A DNA stretch of 64,000 nucleotides from Candidatus Binatia bacterium (GCA_963664395.2 OY761159.2:2048001-2112000); one strand, 5' to 3'. Counted from the stretch's first letter, positions 48,799 to 58,787 are shown. Program-made: numbers and translations. Notes: generated by a model from the sequence alone, not told the origin.

Positions 48799-49641
48799 AT
48801 GGCTACGCAGCTCCTTGCAGATGGATTTATTTTTCTTGAAGGCCCGCGTTGGCACGATGGCAAACTCTGGGTCTCGGACATGTTTGCCGAGAAAGTGCTC
48901 ACGGTTGACACGCAGGGCAACACCGAGTTGGTCGCAACGGTTCCGCAGCGCCCGTCAGGACTGGGCTTCCTGCCGGATGGACGCCTGCTCATCGTTTCCA
49001 TGCACGATAAGAAACTGCTTCGGCAGGACCCGAACGGCCTCGCAGAAGTCGCGGATGTCTCTGCACTCGTCCGGGGCGATATCAACGACATGGTCGTTGA
49101 CGCCCAGGGCCGGTCCTATATCGGGAGCTTCGGCTACGACCTGATGGGTGGTGAAGACGCCCAGCCGGCAAACATTGTCATGGTCACGCCGGACGGACAG
49201 GCACGCGTGGTCGCGGACGGTCTGGGCTTCCCGAATGGCAGCGTGATCAGTCCGGACGGGAAGACCTTTATTGTTGCCGAAACGTTTGCGAACTGTTTAA
49301 CCGCCTTCAGTGTTGCAGACGACGGTTCGTTGTCGAACCGGCGCGTGTTTGCCCAACTGGACGAAGCGACACCGGACGGGATTTGTCTGGATGCCGAAGG
49401 GGCGGTCTGGGTGAGTTCGTTCGTGACTGGCGAATTTATTCGGGTCAAAGACGGCGGAGAGGTCACGCAGCGTATTCCTGTCCCGGACAAACGGGCCGTT
49501 GCCTGCATGTTGGGCGGAGAAGGGCGGCGCACGCTCTTCATGCTGACCGCGGCCACAACCGTAGAGGAGTTAGCCCAGGGGAAGTCCGAGGCGTGTATTG
49601 AAACGGTCCAGGTTGAGGTGCCGGGCGCCGGATTGCCCTAA
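48799..49641 (+). CDS. SMP-30/gluconolactonase family protein
   Basis: EGPRWHDG, PSGLG, NDMVVD, FPNG, PDGICLDAEG. Confidence 0.92.
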   Translation: MATQLLADGFIFLEGPRWHDGKLWVSDMFAEKVLTVDTQGNTELVATVPQRPSGLGFLPDGRLLIVSMHDKKLLRQDPNGLAEVADVSALVRGDINDMVVDAQGRSYIGSFGYDLMGGEDAQPANIVMVTPDGQARVVADGLGFPNGSVISPDGKTFIVAETFANCLTAFSVADDGSLSNRRVFAQLDEATPDGICLDAEGAVWVSSFVTGEFIRVKDGGEVTQRIPVPDKRAVACMLGGEGRRTLFMLTAATTVEELAQGKSEACIETVQVEVPGAGLP

Positions 49642-49684
49642 GCCGGAGCCATAAAAAGAGGGCCTATGCCCTGATCCCCTCTCG

Positions 49685-49864
49685 GGACGTGTGATGCACA
49701 TTCCCAGGAACCCGCGCTCGCCAGACGCGCGGTGGCCCGCAGGGCCGGGGACAACCCACCCCGGCCCTGCGGGCCACCCCTCCAGGGAGGGGAGTTTTTC
49801 CTATCCCCTCTTGGGAGGGGTGCCGCTCAGCGGCGGGGTGGGTTCCTTTTTGCATCACACGTCC
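49685..49864. mobile_element. MITE-like element with 14-bp terminal inverted repeats enclosing a palindromic repeat
   Basis: GGACGTGTGATGCA (49685-49698) and TGCATCACACGTCC (49851-49864); internal 49753-49844 matches 41046-41141. Confidence 0.6.
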
Positions 49865-49927
49865 AAGGAGGGGAAGCGGAGTCTCCAAACCCTAGCCGCC
49901 CGTCCGGTCATGCGCTACGCTCGGGGC

Positions 49928-50359
49928 ATGGCAGAGACAATCTTTCTGAAAATCATTGTCGGCGAGATTCCGTGTCACAAAATCTATGAAGACGACCAGG
50001 TCTTCGCCTTTCTCGATATTGGTCCGATGAGCAGCGGCCATACCCTGCTCATCCCAAAAGAGCCGGCAGAAACGCTCGACCAGCTTTCGGATGAATCCGC
50101 GGCGGCCCTGGGCCGAGTGCTCCCCCGGCTGAGCCGGGCCGTTCTCAAAGCCAGCGGAGCCACGGCATTCAACATCCTGCAAAACAACGGCGCCAGCGCG
50201 CATCAGGCCGTTATGCACGTTCACTTCCATATTATTCCCAGATTCCCAGAGGCGGCTGAGGGCTCAGGTCTCGGTATCGAATGGCCGGCAGGAACGCTTG
50301 AAAATGAGGCAGGCCAGCGGCTGGCGGCAGATATCGCAGCGGCGTTGGACGAAGAGTAA
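49928..50359 (+). CDS. HIT family hydrolase
   Basis: TIFLKII.GEIP, AFLDI.P, GHTLLIPK, QAVMHVHFHIIPR. Confidence 0.93.
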   Translation: MAETIFLKIIVGEIPCHKIYEDDQVFAFLDIGPMSSGHTLLIPKEPAETLDQLSDESAAALGRVLPRLSRAVLKASGATAFNILQNNGASAHQAVMHVHFHIIPRFPEAAEGSGLGIEWPAGTLENEAGQRLAADIAAALDEE

Positions 50360-50483
50360 GTTGACGCGATGGCAGGGTGGTCATACACTCCCAATATGCG
50401 TGCCAAAATGAGTGAATGTGTCAGCATCTCCATGTCTGTTGGAGGGCGCGTTTACTCATCTGAGAGAAAGAGGAGGAGACAGC

Positions 50484-50873
50484 GTGCCAGCCTCTGAAAC
50501 AGTTACACGAGGGATTCGCATCAGCGTGGAAACTACATACGATCCCACCCGCTCTTCTCCCCAGCAGAGCCAGTGGTTCTTCCTGTATACCATCCGCATC
50601 ACCAACGAAGGGGCAGTCACCGCCCAGCTCATGACCCGCCACTGGATTATTACCGACGCGACCGGCCATGTGGAAGAAGTCAAAGGACCGGGCGTGGTGG
50701 GCGAGCAGCCCATCCTGGCTCAGGGCCAATCTTTTGAGTACACGTCGGGCTGTCCTCTTCCCACACCCTTTGGTTCCATGCGCGGCAGCTATCAGATGAC
50801 CACGGCTGACGGAGAGCAGTTTGATGCCGAAATCAGCGAGTTTATTCTGCGCGAACCGCACGCCATGCACTAG
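50484..50873 (+). CDS. apaG: ApaG protein
   Basis: YTIRITNEG, QLMTRHWIITD, GPGVVGEQP, FEYTSGC.L.TP.GSMRGSY; GGAGGAG RBS with GTG start. Confidence 0.93.
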   Translation: MPASETVTRGIRISVETTYDPTRSSPQQSQWFFLYTIRITNEGAVTAQLMTRHWIITDATGHVEEVKGPGVVGEQPILAQGQSFEYTSGCPLPTPFGSMRGSYQMTTADGEQFDAEISEFILREPHAMH

Positions 50874-50936
50874 GGAGCTCGAAGCGGACGGAACCCTCAG
50901 CCATGACCACACAAAAGAGTAGTATCTCACTTTTCC

Positions 50937-50995
50937 CCCTCACCCCAACCCCCTTCGACTCTGCTCAGGACAGGCTCTCCCCTGGGGGGAGAGGG
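50937..50995. repeat. Nested palindromic repeats
   Basis: CCCTCACCCCAACC-[CCCTTCGACTCTGCTCAGGACAGG]-CTCTCCC-CTGG-GGGAGAGGG. Confidence 0.75.
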
Positions 50996-51018
50996 AGTAG
51001 AAGAATAGCGATTCCACT

Positions 51019-51933
51019 ATGACTTCCTCGATTGGCTTTATTGGACTGGGCAGGATGGGCCTGCCTATGGCGCAACACCTGCTTGACGCCGATTTTTCAC
51101 TCACGGTTTTTAATCGAACGGCCTCACGGGCCGACACTTTGCGCCAACACGGAGCGCGGTGGGCCAATTCTCCCCGCGAGCTGGCCGAGCAATCCGACAT
51201 TGTGATCAGCATTATTGCTGATGATGCCGCGCTGCGGGCTATTGCGCTGGGTGAGGACGGCATTCTGGCCGGCCTCAAGCCGGACGGTATTCACGTTGAT
51301 ATGAGTACCGTCTCACCCGATATCACCAAAGAACTGACGCCGCGCTATCACGACCGGGGGACGCATTTTGTGGCCGCTCCGGTCTTCGGTCGTCCGGAGG
51401 CCGCGGCTGCGGCAAAACTGTGGATTTGTCCGGCTGGCTCAGCCGCGGCCATTGCCCGCTGCCGACCTGCGTTTGAGGCCATGGGTCAAGGGGTCATCGT
51501 AGTGGGTGAAGAACCCCACCTCGCCAACGTGCTCAAGCTGGTGGGCAACTTCTTTGTTATTGCCGCCATCGAAACCTTGGGCGAGGCGTTTACCCTGGCC
51601 GAAAAAGGCGGCTTACAAAATGAGACCGTTCTGGAGTTGCTCCGGGCGCTGCTGCCGGTCCCTCTGTTTCAAGGCTATGGCGACCGGATCGCAAAGCAGA
51701 AGTTTTCTCCGGCCGGCTTTGCGCTGGCGCTTGGCCTGAAAGATGTCGGGCTGATGCAAAAGCTGGCCAAAGATGTTTTTGCGCCTTTACCGCTGGCCGA
51801 CCTGGCTGACAATCATTTGCGGGCCGCCTTTGCCAGAGGACGGGGCGACCTCGACTGGGGCGCTCTGGCGACCGTTATTCGAGAGATGGCCGGACTCCCG
51901 TCCGGAGCTGCAAGTAGCCCGTGCACGAAATAG
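51019..51933 (+). CDS. NAD(P)-dependent beta-hydroxyacid dehydrogenase family oxidoreductase
   Basis: GFIGLGRMG, NRT, DMSTVSP, APVFG, KLVGN, LKD. Confidence 0.92.
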   Translation: MTSSIGFIGLGRMGLPMAQHLLDADFSLTVFNRTASRADTLRQHGARWANSPRELAEQSDIVISIIADDAALRAIALGEDGILAGLKPDGIHVDMSTVSPDITKELTPRYHDRGTHFVAAPVFGRPEAAAAAKLWICPAGSAAAIARCRPAFEAMGQGVIVVGEEPHLANVLKLVGNFFVIAAIETLGEAFTLAEKGGLQNETVLELLRALLPVPLFQGYGDRIAKQKFSPAGFALALGLKDVGLMQKLAKDVFAPLPLADLADNHLRAAFARGRGDLDWGALATVIREMAGLPSGAASSPCTK

Positions 51934-51982
51934 GCGCACTGCAAGCACCCAGACAAGAGAGCGCTTGCTTGTACCTGCCTTC

Positions 51983-52035
51983 AAAGAGTAAACGTGTCCT
52001 TCAGTCGTACAAAGCTGTTGACACGTTTACTCTTT
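51983..52035. terminator. 16-bp perfect inverted repeat (terminator or regulatory hairpin)
   Basis: AAAGAGTAAACGTGTC ... GACACGTTTACTCTTT. Confidence 0.6.
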
Positions 52036-52069
52036 CTCCCCGTCCGCTGTTCAGCAGAGAAATGCACGC

Positions 52070-53092
52070 ATGACAGCGGATCAGAAAAAGAGCCGGGCCC
52101 TGAAGATTGGTGCAGCTCTACTTGGACTTGGCCTGCTTGGGTTTCTCTTTTGGAAGATCGGCATTGCTGAGGTCGGGCAGCACCTGTACCACATTGGCTG
52201 GCTCGCCCCCCTGGTCCTCATCCCCCAGAGCCTTGTTGCGCTGTTTGATGCCAGGGGCTGGGGCTGTACCATGGTTGGCTCGGCGTCCGCCAGGCAGCTC
52301 TCCATTATTCAGCTCTCGTTCACCCGACTGGCCGGCGAGGCCATTAACAATCTGACGCCAACCGCGAATATGGGGGGCGAGGCAGTCAAGGTCTACCTCC
52401 TGCGACAATACGGCGTAACCTCCGATGTTGGTGCGGCGTCGGTTGTTGCTGCCAAGACCGCCCTCACCGTCTCCCAAGTCGCCTTTATTGTGATTGGCTT
52501 ACCGTTCTTCCTGTATCGCCTGGATATCGGCTACCATGCGTGGTGGATATTCAGCGCCGTTTTTGTCCTCGCGTACGGATTTGTGATGATCCTCGTTCGC
52601 TGGCAGCGGCGGGGAATCGTCGAAAAATTCGTCGGTTGGCTCCAGCGGCGCTTTCCTCGCTGGAGCCGCTTGGCGCACTGGCAGGAACGGGCCAAACAAA
52701 TTGATGTACATCTCTTTCATTTGTACGACGGAGACGCCAAGGATTTCATTGCCGCCAGCCTGTATCACTTTCTGGGGTGGGCGGTTGGGGCGGTAGAAGT
52801 CTATGTTTTTTTTACCTTAATCGGCACCCAAGCCAGTTGGATGGACGCCCTCATCATTGAAACCATGATTCAACCCATTACGGCCGCGGCGTTGATAATC
52901 CCCGGCGCGTTGGGGGTGCGTGAAGCGGGCGGGGTATTCCTGTGCCGTCTGCTTGGTATTGGGGAGGGCGCCGGCCTGACGCTCATGATCCTCAAGCGGG
53001 CGCGAGAGGCCGTCTACAACCTGATCGGATTGATCATCCTGGCCCGAGCCGGGTATTCCTTCTTTCCGGACAATGAACAATCCTCCGGCTAG
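52070..53092 (+). CDS. hpnL: Lysylphosphatidylglycerol synthase TM/flippase-like protein (HpnL family)
   Basis: RLAGEAINNLTPTANMGGE.VK, IPGALGVREAG, KRARE; close to hpnJIK. Confidence 0.7.
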   Translation: MTADQKKSRALKIGAALLGLGLLGFLFWKIGIAEVGQHLYHIGWLAPLVLIPQSLVALFDARGWGCTMVGSASARQLSIIQLSFTRLAGEAINNLTPTANMGGEAVKVYLLRQYGVTSDVGAASVVAAKTALTVSQVAFIVIGLPFFLYRLDIGYHAWWIFSAVFVLAYGFVMILVRWQRRGIVEKFVGWLQRRFPRWSRLAHWQERAKQIDVHLFHLYDGDAKDFIAASLYHFLGWAVGAVEVYVFFTLIGTQASWMDALIIETMIQPITAAALIIPGALGVREAGGVFLCRLLGIGEGAGLTLMILKRAREAVYNLIGLIILARAGYSFFPDNEQSSG

Positions 53093-55722
53093 AATTCGAA
53101 CCCGGCCCGCAGATAGTAGAATCCGCCGTTGAAACCGGAGGGTGAGGAGTGGGGGTATTTTGCACCAAGAATCCGCGCGTGTGGATTTCTGGCCGGATAT
53201 TGATCGAACAGGTTTTCCGCACCAAAGGCCACGGTTGCCGACTCCATGACCGGCAGGTTCATAAACGTGTACGACAGTTCCGCGTCCACGAGCCAGCGTT
53301 CGCCGGCGTCGATCGGCATGGTCGGGTTTCCATTCGCATCAGCGTCGGTGATATGCGCTTCAAAAAAGCTGTCGTAGAAATGCAGCCGGGTCAGGAAGCG
53401 CCACGGTCCGTAGCGGTGATCGGCCGTCAGTGAGAAACGGAATTCGGGCAGGTTTTCTTCGAGTTGGAGTACGCGCGTATTATTGATGATTTCAGGATTG
53501 CGGCTATCGACCTTGGTGTCGTTCCAGTTCCCGACTAAGGTAAACAAGGTCTCACCAGCAACCGTCTCCAGCGGGTAGGTCGCCACCATATCGACCCCTT
53601 GGGTGGTCGTGTCGAAGGCGTTGGTGAAGAACCGCGCCTTTGAGCCAGGCACGGCTGAAACCCCCCGGGCCAGGAGTATTGCGGTATCACTGGCAGTCAA
53701 GGGGAGAGAACTGCTCTGCGCGACGCGATCCTGCACCTTGATGCGGTAATAGTCGACGGTGACGTTAAGGTTGCCCAGGCTGAACACCGTGCCCACGGAA
53801 TAGTTGACCGATTTTTCCGGCTCCAGCCCTTTGCCACCCTTCAGAACCGAGATCGGGTGGTCCGGGGGCAACGTGGCTTCATCTACCAGTCTTCCTTCGG
53901 CGAAATTCGTCGACACGACCTCGAGGTTGGCCTGTCCCACGGTCGGGGCGCGAAACCCCGAGCTGACCGAGCCGCGCAGGGCCACAGCTTCCAATAGCTG
54001 CCAACGCGCGGACGCCTTGCCGTTCAGCGTATCGCCGACTTTTTCGTGATCCTCATACCGCCCGGCGAGGCCGATGGTCAGGTTTTTGATTACTTCGGCT
54101 TCCAGGTCCAGGTAGCCGGCATAACTGCCCCGGTTGAACGTTCCCGCCGTATCCGCCCTGAAGCCCTGAAAGCCATTGGAACCGATGCCGAAGCCCTGTC
54201 GCGCGAGGCCGTTGGGGCTATCGTCTATAGACCAGGAGTTCTTGCCCCCGGCTTTGATCTCAAACTCTTCCTCGCGGTATTCCAGCCCAAAGGCGAAGTT
54301 CAGCGCCGAGTAGAATAACCCCACATCGAACGGTCGGGAAATATCCACGTTAAACACCTTGTCGAACTCCCGGTAGCCGCCCGGTTTGTACGAGGTCGGA
54401 ATCGCGGTTCGCAGGCGGGCGAGCTGGGGATTGATGGTGTTATGCATGAAAAAGTCCACGCTGTTATGGCCAAAGCTGGCACTGGCGTCATAATACCAGC
54501 CATTGAGCAGCGCGTAGGCGCTCTCGACCTCTCCGCGCAGCCCAAAGGCGATGCTCCAGTCCTGCACATAGCCACCGAAACGCGGTGTGAACCCGCCCGG
54601 AAAACGCTCGTTAAAGGCGAAGCAGTGGGCAGGCAAGCCCGCCAATGCCGTGGCGTAGTCGGCCGCCGGGTTCTTTGCAATTGGAGGACAGCCACGACGG
54701 GCGTCCGACAGATCGGCGACCAAGAGATTCTCGCCGCCATCGAAGATCCCGCCGCGGGTGTTGGGGTTACGGAAGAAGAAGCCGCCCTCGACCTTGCGCT
54801 CCGCATAGTTGCCGAACGCATACAGCCGGCTGTTGAGGTCCTCCAGGTCGAGGCCCAGGTTGCCGAAGAATTTATAGTCGTACCGCACTTCCGGCGCACC
54901 CCAGATCTGCGCCGCCGGCTGCCGGACCTCCGTATTGCCCGCTTCAATTAAGCCCCGGGCGTCACCGCGCTGTACGCTGCGACTGGTCTCGTCCGCATTG
55001 GTGAACTCAAAGCTAAAGTTGGCAAAGCCGTTGTCGGTCAGCGGCAGGCCGAGATTAGCGGCCACATTCACCTTGTCCCCGTCGCCGTGGTAGTTCTGCC
55101 CGTAGCTCGTCTGGACCCTCAGGCCCTCCCGGTCTTCGCGCAGCTTGAAATTCAAGATACCGGCGATGGCGTCCGAGCCGTACTGGGCCGCCGCTCCGTC
55201 GCGCAGCACTTCGATGCGGTCGAGCGCGATGGCTGGGATGACAGAAATGTCGGGCCCATGGGAGCCGTCCGAAATGCCAAACCCCCCAAAAAGATGGACA
55301 ACCGAGGCACGATGCCAGCGTTTGCCGTTGACCAGGACCAGGGTGGAGTCGGGCGGCAGCCCGCGCAGGTTGGCCGGCCGAACGAGGGTCGAGGCGTCGC
55401 TGATGGGCTGCCGGTTGACGTTATAGGACGGCACGGTCGCGGACAGCAGCGAGTCCATGTCTCGGATGCCGTAGGTCTGCAAGTCTGCTCCCTGAATGAT
55501 ATCTACCGGCACCAGCGAATCCTGGGCCGAGCGCCCCTGAAGACGCGAGCCCAGCACCGGGAGGGCTTCTAAGACGTAGACCTCGTCTGGTCGCTCGGCG
55601 ACCGGTTGGGCTTCACCGGCGGCCATGTCCTGCGGCTCGGCGGCTTGCGCCGGCGTGGCTCCCAAGCAGATGCCCAGAACGATCAGCAGACCGTAGGTCC
55701 TCATGCTCGATTTCTCTATCAC
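53089..55722 (-). CDS. TonB-dependent receptor (paralog 2)
   Basis: Signal peptide, plug LRGLPPDSTLVLVNGKR, IEVLRDGAAAQYGSDAIAG, C-terminal YYLRAGFEF; alternative start at 55704. Confidence 0.95.
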   Translation of the reverse strand: MIEKSSMRTYGLLIVLGICLGATPAQAAEPQDMAAGEAQPVAERPDEVYVLEALPVLGSRLQGRSAQDSLVPVDIIQGADLQTYGIRDMDSLLSATVPSYNVNRQPISDASTLVRPANLRGLPPDSTLVLVNGKRWHRASVVHLFGGFGISDGSHGPDISVIPAIALDRIEVLRDGAAAQYGSDAIAGILNFKLREDREGLRVQTSYGQNYHGDGDKVNVAANLGLPLTDNGFANFSFEFTNADETSRSVQRGDARGLIEAGNTEVRQPAAQIWGAPEVRYDYKFFGNLGLDLEDLNSRLYAFGNYAERKVEGGFFFRNPNTRGGIFDGGENLLVADLSDARRGCPPIAKNPAADYATALAGLPAHCFAFNERFPGGFTPRFGGYVQDWSIAFGLRGEVESAYALLNGWYYDASASFGHNSVDFFMHNTINPQLARLRTAIPTSYKPGGYREFDKVFNVDISRPFDVGLFYSALNFAFGLEYREEEFEIKAGGKNSWSIDDSPNGLARQGFGIGSNGFQGFRADTAGTFNRGSYAGYLDLEAEVIKNLTIGLAGRYEDHEKVGDTLNGKASARWQLLEAVALRGSVSSGFRAPTVGQANLEVVSTNFAEGRLVDEATLPPDHPISVLKGGKGLEPEKSVNYSVGTVFSLGNLNVTVDYYRIKVQDRVAQSSSLPLTASDTAILLARGVSAVPGSKARFFTNAFDTTTQGVDMVATYPLETVAGETLFTLVGNWNDTKVDSRNPEIINNTRVLQLEENLPEFRFSLTADHRYGPWRFLTRLHFYDSFFEAHITDADANGNPTMPIDAGERWLVDAELSYTFMNLPVMESATVAFGAENLFDQYPARNPHARILGAKYPHSSPSGFNGGFYYLRAGFEF

Positions 55723-55753
55723 TTCTCTTTCTTATGGGGCGACAGGAATCAAA

Positions 55754-55791
55754 CAAAAAGAGGGATGGGTTCACACCCATCCCTCTTTTTG
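55754..55791 (-). terminator. Rho-independent terminator-like hairpin between the two receptors
   Basis: 17-bp perfect stem CAAAAAGAGGGATGGGT/ACCCATCCCTCTTTTTG with T runs on both strands. Confidence 0.8.
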
Positions 55792-55814
55792 CAACCATGT
55801 TTATCAGACTGTGC

Positions 55815-58454
55815 TTAGAACTCGAAGCCGGCGCGCAGGTAGTAGAAACCGCCGTTGAAGCCGTACGGTGAGGTTTCCGGGTATTTCAGACCGGCATCAG
55901 ACGCTTTCGGGTTTCTGCGCGGATATTGGTCGAACAGGTTTTCCGCGCCGAATGCGAAAGTTGCCGCCTCCATGAACGGCAGGTTCAGGAAGGTGTACGA
56001 GAGTTCCATATCTACCAGAAGGCGCTCGCCGGCATTAAGGCCGAAACTGCCATCGGTCGGGTAGTCGCGGAAGTCGTCGTAGTAGTACAGCCGGGACAGG
56101 AAGCGCCACGGCCCCCAGTTGTGATCGGCCGTCAGCGAGAAGCGGAACTGTGGCAGGCCCTCTTCGATTTGCCGTACAAGCTTATCACTGATGAACTCCG
56201 GGGTACGGCTGTCCACCTCGGTCTGGTTCCAGTTCCCGACCAGCGTGAATTGGGTGAAGCCGGCAACCGATCGCAGCGGATAGGTCGCCACGACGTCGAC
56301 ACCCTGGGTGGTGGTGTCGAAATCGTTGGTATAGAAGCGGAGCACCGAGATCTGATTCGGCCCAACTACCGCGTCGAATTCCGCCCGGGTAATGCCCCTA
56401 TTGGCGAGTTCTTCCGCAACATTAAATCGGCTGCTACGGACGATGCGATCCTGCATCTTGATACGGTAGTAGTCGACGGTGACATCGACATCGGCCACGT
56501 TGAAGACAATGCCCGCCGAGTAGTTGACGGATTTTTCTGGAGTCAAATCGCTGGCGCCGAAGAAGGCCGAAGCGGGATGGTAGCCAGGAAAGGTTGCGTC
56601 GTCTATCAACATGCCGTCTTGAAACGAAGTGGTGATTTTGTTCACGTTGGCCTGACCGGGCGTCGGAGCGCGGAAACCAGAGCTGATCGCACCGCGCATG
56701 GCAAGCATCTCCAGCATCTGCCACCTGGCCGACACCTTACCGTTGACGGACTCGCCGATCGGCGCGTCAAAGTTTTCGTACCGCCCGGCCACGCCGATGG
56801 TGACAGATCTAATCACCTCGGCTTCCAGGTCCATGTACAGGGCGTAGTTGTTCCGTTGGTAGTCGCCGACAATGCTGGGTCCGAATCCGGTAAACCCGTT
56901 CGAGCCGACACCGAGCCCCTGAGGTCCGAATCTGTCAAAATCGGAAGACCAGGAGTTTTCGTCCCCGAGTTTCACCTCGTACTCTTCGATGTGGTACTCG
57001 AACCCGAACGCCATGTTCAGGTCGGAGTAGAAGATACCGACATCAAACGGTTTGGAAATATCCAGGTTAAACGTCTTCTCAGACTGGGAGACGCCGCCGG
57101 GCCGGTACTCAGTTGGGATGCCGGTCCGCATATCGGCCAACTGCGGGTTGATGGTGTTGAGCATGAAGTAGTCAACGCTGTTCTCGCCGAAGTACGCGCT
57201 CACGTCGTAGTGCCAGCCGTTGAGCAGCGAGTAGCCGCTCTCCAGGTTTCCGGTCAGGCCGAAGGCGATGCTCCAGTCCTGCACGTAGCCGCCGAAGCGC
57301 GGCGTGAACCCGCCGGGAAACCGATCAATGAACGAAAAGCAGTCCGGGCCGTTCCCGGAGACTTCCCCAAACTGGGGAACGTTGCCTCGGATGGGAATGT
57401 CACGGCAGCCGCCGGACCTGCCGTCGCGCGACAGGTCAATCACCTTGACGGATGGCGTGCCATCCTCAAGAGGGTCACCCTTGAACACACCGCTACGGGT
57501 GTGGGGATTCCGAAAGTAGAAGCCGCCTTCCACCTTGCGCTCGGCATAGTTGCCGAAGGCGTATAGCCGGGCGTTGATATCCTCCAAGTCGAGGCCCAGG
57601 TTGCCGAAGAATTTATAGTCGTACTGCACCTCGGGCGCGCCCCAGATCTGGGCCGCGGGCCGTCGTACGTCGGTATTGCCGGCCTCAATCAAGCCTCGTG
57701 CGTCGCGGCGCTGCACGCTGCGGCTGGTTTCGTCCGCGTTCATGAACTCGAAGCTGAAGTTGGCAAAGCCATTCTCGGCCAGCGGCAGGCCGAGATTGGC
57801 GGCGACTTTCACCTTATCGCCGTCCCCGTGGTAGTTCTGGCCGTAGCTCGTCTGCACCGACAGGCCCTCGGTGTCTTCCCTCAGCTTGAAGTTCATCACG
57901 CCGGCAATGGCGTCCGAGCCGTACTGGGCGGCGGCCCCGTCGCGCAGTACTTCAATCTGCTGCAGGGCGATGGACGGGATGGTAGAAATGTCGGCCCCCT
58001 GTGACCCCCTGGAATTAGGGGCACCCAGGAAATTGATCACCGACCCACGGTGGCGGCGTTTGCCGTTCACCAGCACCAAGGTGGAGTCCGGCGGCAGACC
58101 GCGCAGCGTGGCCGGCCGGGAGAAGGTGGCCTCGTCGCTGATGGGCTCCTGACTGACGTTGTAGGACGGCACGGATGCGGACAGGAGCGAGTTCATGTCC
58201 CGGATGCCATACGTCTGCAAGTCTTCCCCCTGAATGACGTCCACCGGCACCACGGAATCCTGGGCCGAGCGGCCCTGCACCCGGGAGCCGATCACCCTGA
58301 GTTCTCCGAGTTCCAGGACTTGCTCTTGCGGCTGCGCGTCTTGCGCTCCGACCGGCTCTTGCGGCTCAGCGTCTTGCGCGCCGACCGCAGATGCTCCCGT
58401 CAAGGCTAGTAAACCCACCAGAAGAAAAGATTGCCAACCCTTCGGCTTATTCAT
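55815..58454 (-). CDS. TonB-dependent receptor (paralog 1)
   Basis: Same plug and barrel motifs and identical C-terminus GFNGGFYYLRAGFEF; AGGAGG RBS. Confidence 0.95.
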   Translation of the reverse strand: MNKPKGWQSFLLVGLLALTGASAVGAQDAEPQEPVGAQDAQPQEQVLELGELRVIGSRVQGRSAQDSVVPVDVIQGEDLQTYGIRDMNSLLSASVPSYNVSQEPISDEATFSRPATLRGLPPDSTLVLVNGKRRHRGSVINFLGAPNSRGSQGADISTIPSIALQQIEVLRDGAAAQYGSDAIAGVMNFKLREDTEGLSVQTSYGQNYHGDGDKVKVAANLGLPLAENGFANFSFEFMNADETSRSVQRRDARGLIEAGNTDVRRPAAQIWGAPEVQYDYKFFGNLGLDLEDINARLYAFGNYAERKVEGGFYFRNPHTRSGVFKGDPLEDGTPSVKVIDLSRDGRSGGCRDIPIRGNVPQFGEVSGNGPDCFSFIDRFPGGFTPRFGGYVQDWSIAFGLTGNLESGYSLLNGWHYDVSAYFGENSVDYFMLNTINPQLADMRTGIPTEYRPGGVSQSEKTFNLDISKPFDVGIFYSDLNMAFGFEYHIEEYEVKLGDENSWSSDFDRFGPQGLGVGSNGFTGFGPSIVGDYQRNNYALYMDLEAEVIRSVTIGVAGRYENFDAPIGESVNGKVSARWQMLEMLAMRGAISSGFRAPTPGQANVNKITTSFQDGMLIDDATFPGYHPASAFFGASDLTPEKSVNYSAGIVFNVADVDVTVDYYRIKMQDRIVRSSRFNVAEELANRGITRAEFDAVVGPNQISVLRFYTNDFDTTTQGVDVVATYPLRSVAGFTQFTLVGNWNQTEVDSRTPEFISDKLVRQIEEGLPQFRFSLTADHNWGPWRFLSRLYYYDDFRDYPTDGSFGLNAGERLLVDMELSYTFLNLPFMEAATFAFGAENLFDQYPRRNPKASDAGLKYPETSPYGFNGGFYYLRAGFEF

Positions 58455-58787
58455 ACAAAACCCCTCCTATTCGGGGTAACATTCCTACTAGCCTTTAAGG
58501 TATAAAAAAAACAAGGCGCTTACGATAGTGTCTCAGTTTGAGAATTGCTACCCAGTAAAGAAACAGCTTATGCGCTATCCCTACTCATGCATCCAGAATG
58601 TATATATTCTATATCTTGATATATACAAGTCGTGTGGCGTCTGTCCCTCCCCACTCCGCCATTCAGAGTGAGGCAGTATTTGAAACACTACTCGCTTTCC
58701 TTCTTTATTCGCATGTGTATAATACCATCCCCTTGGGGGAGGTGCTCACGCTCATAACATGCCGCGGCAGGGAAGGAGAGAAGCACG

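Noticed and set aside
58526-58545. TAGTGTCTCAGTTTGAGA resembling a mobile element end
   Set aside because: Single short match with no partner end or transposase in the window; family cannot be assigned
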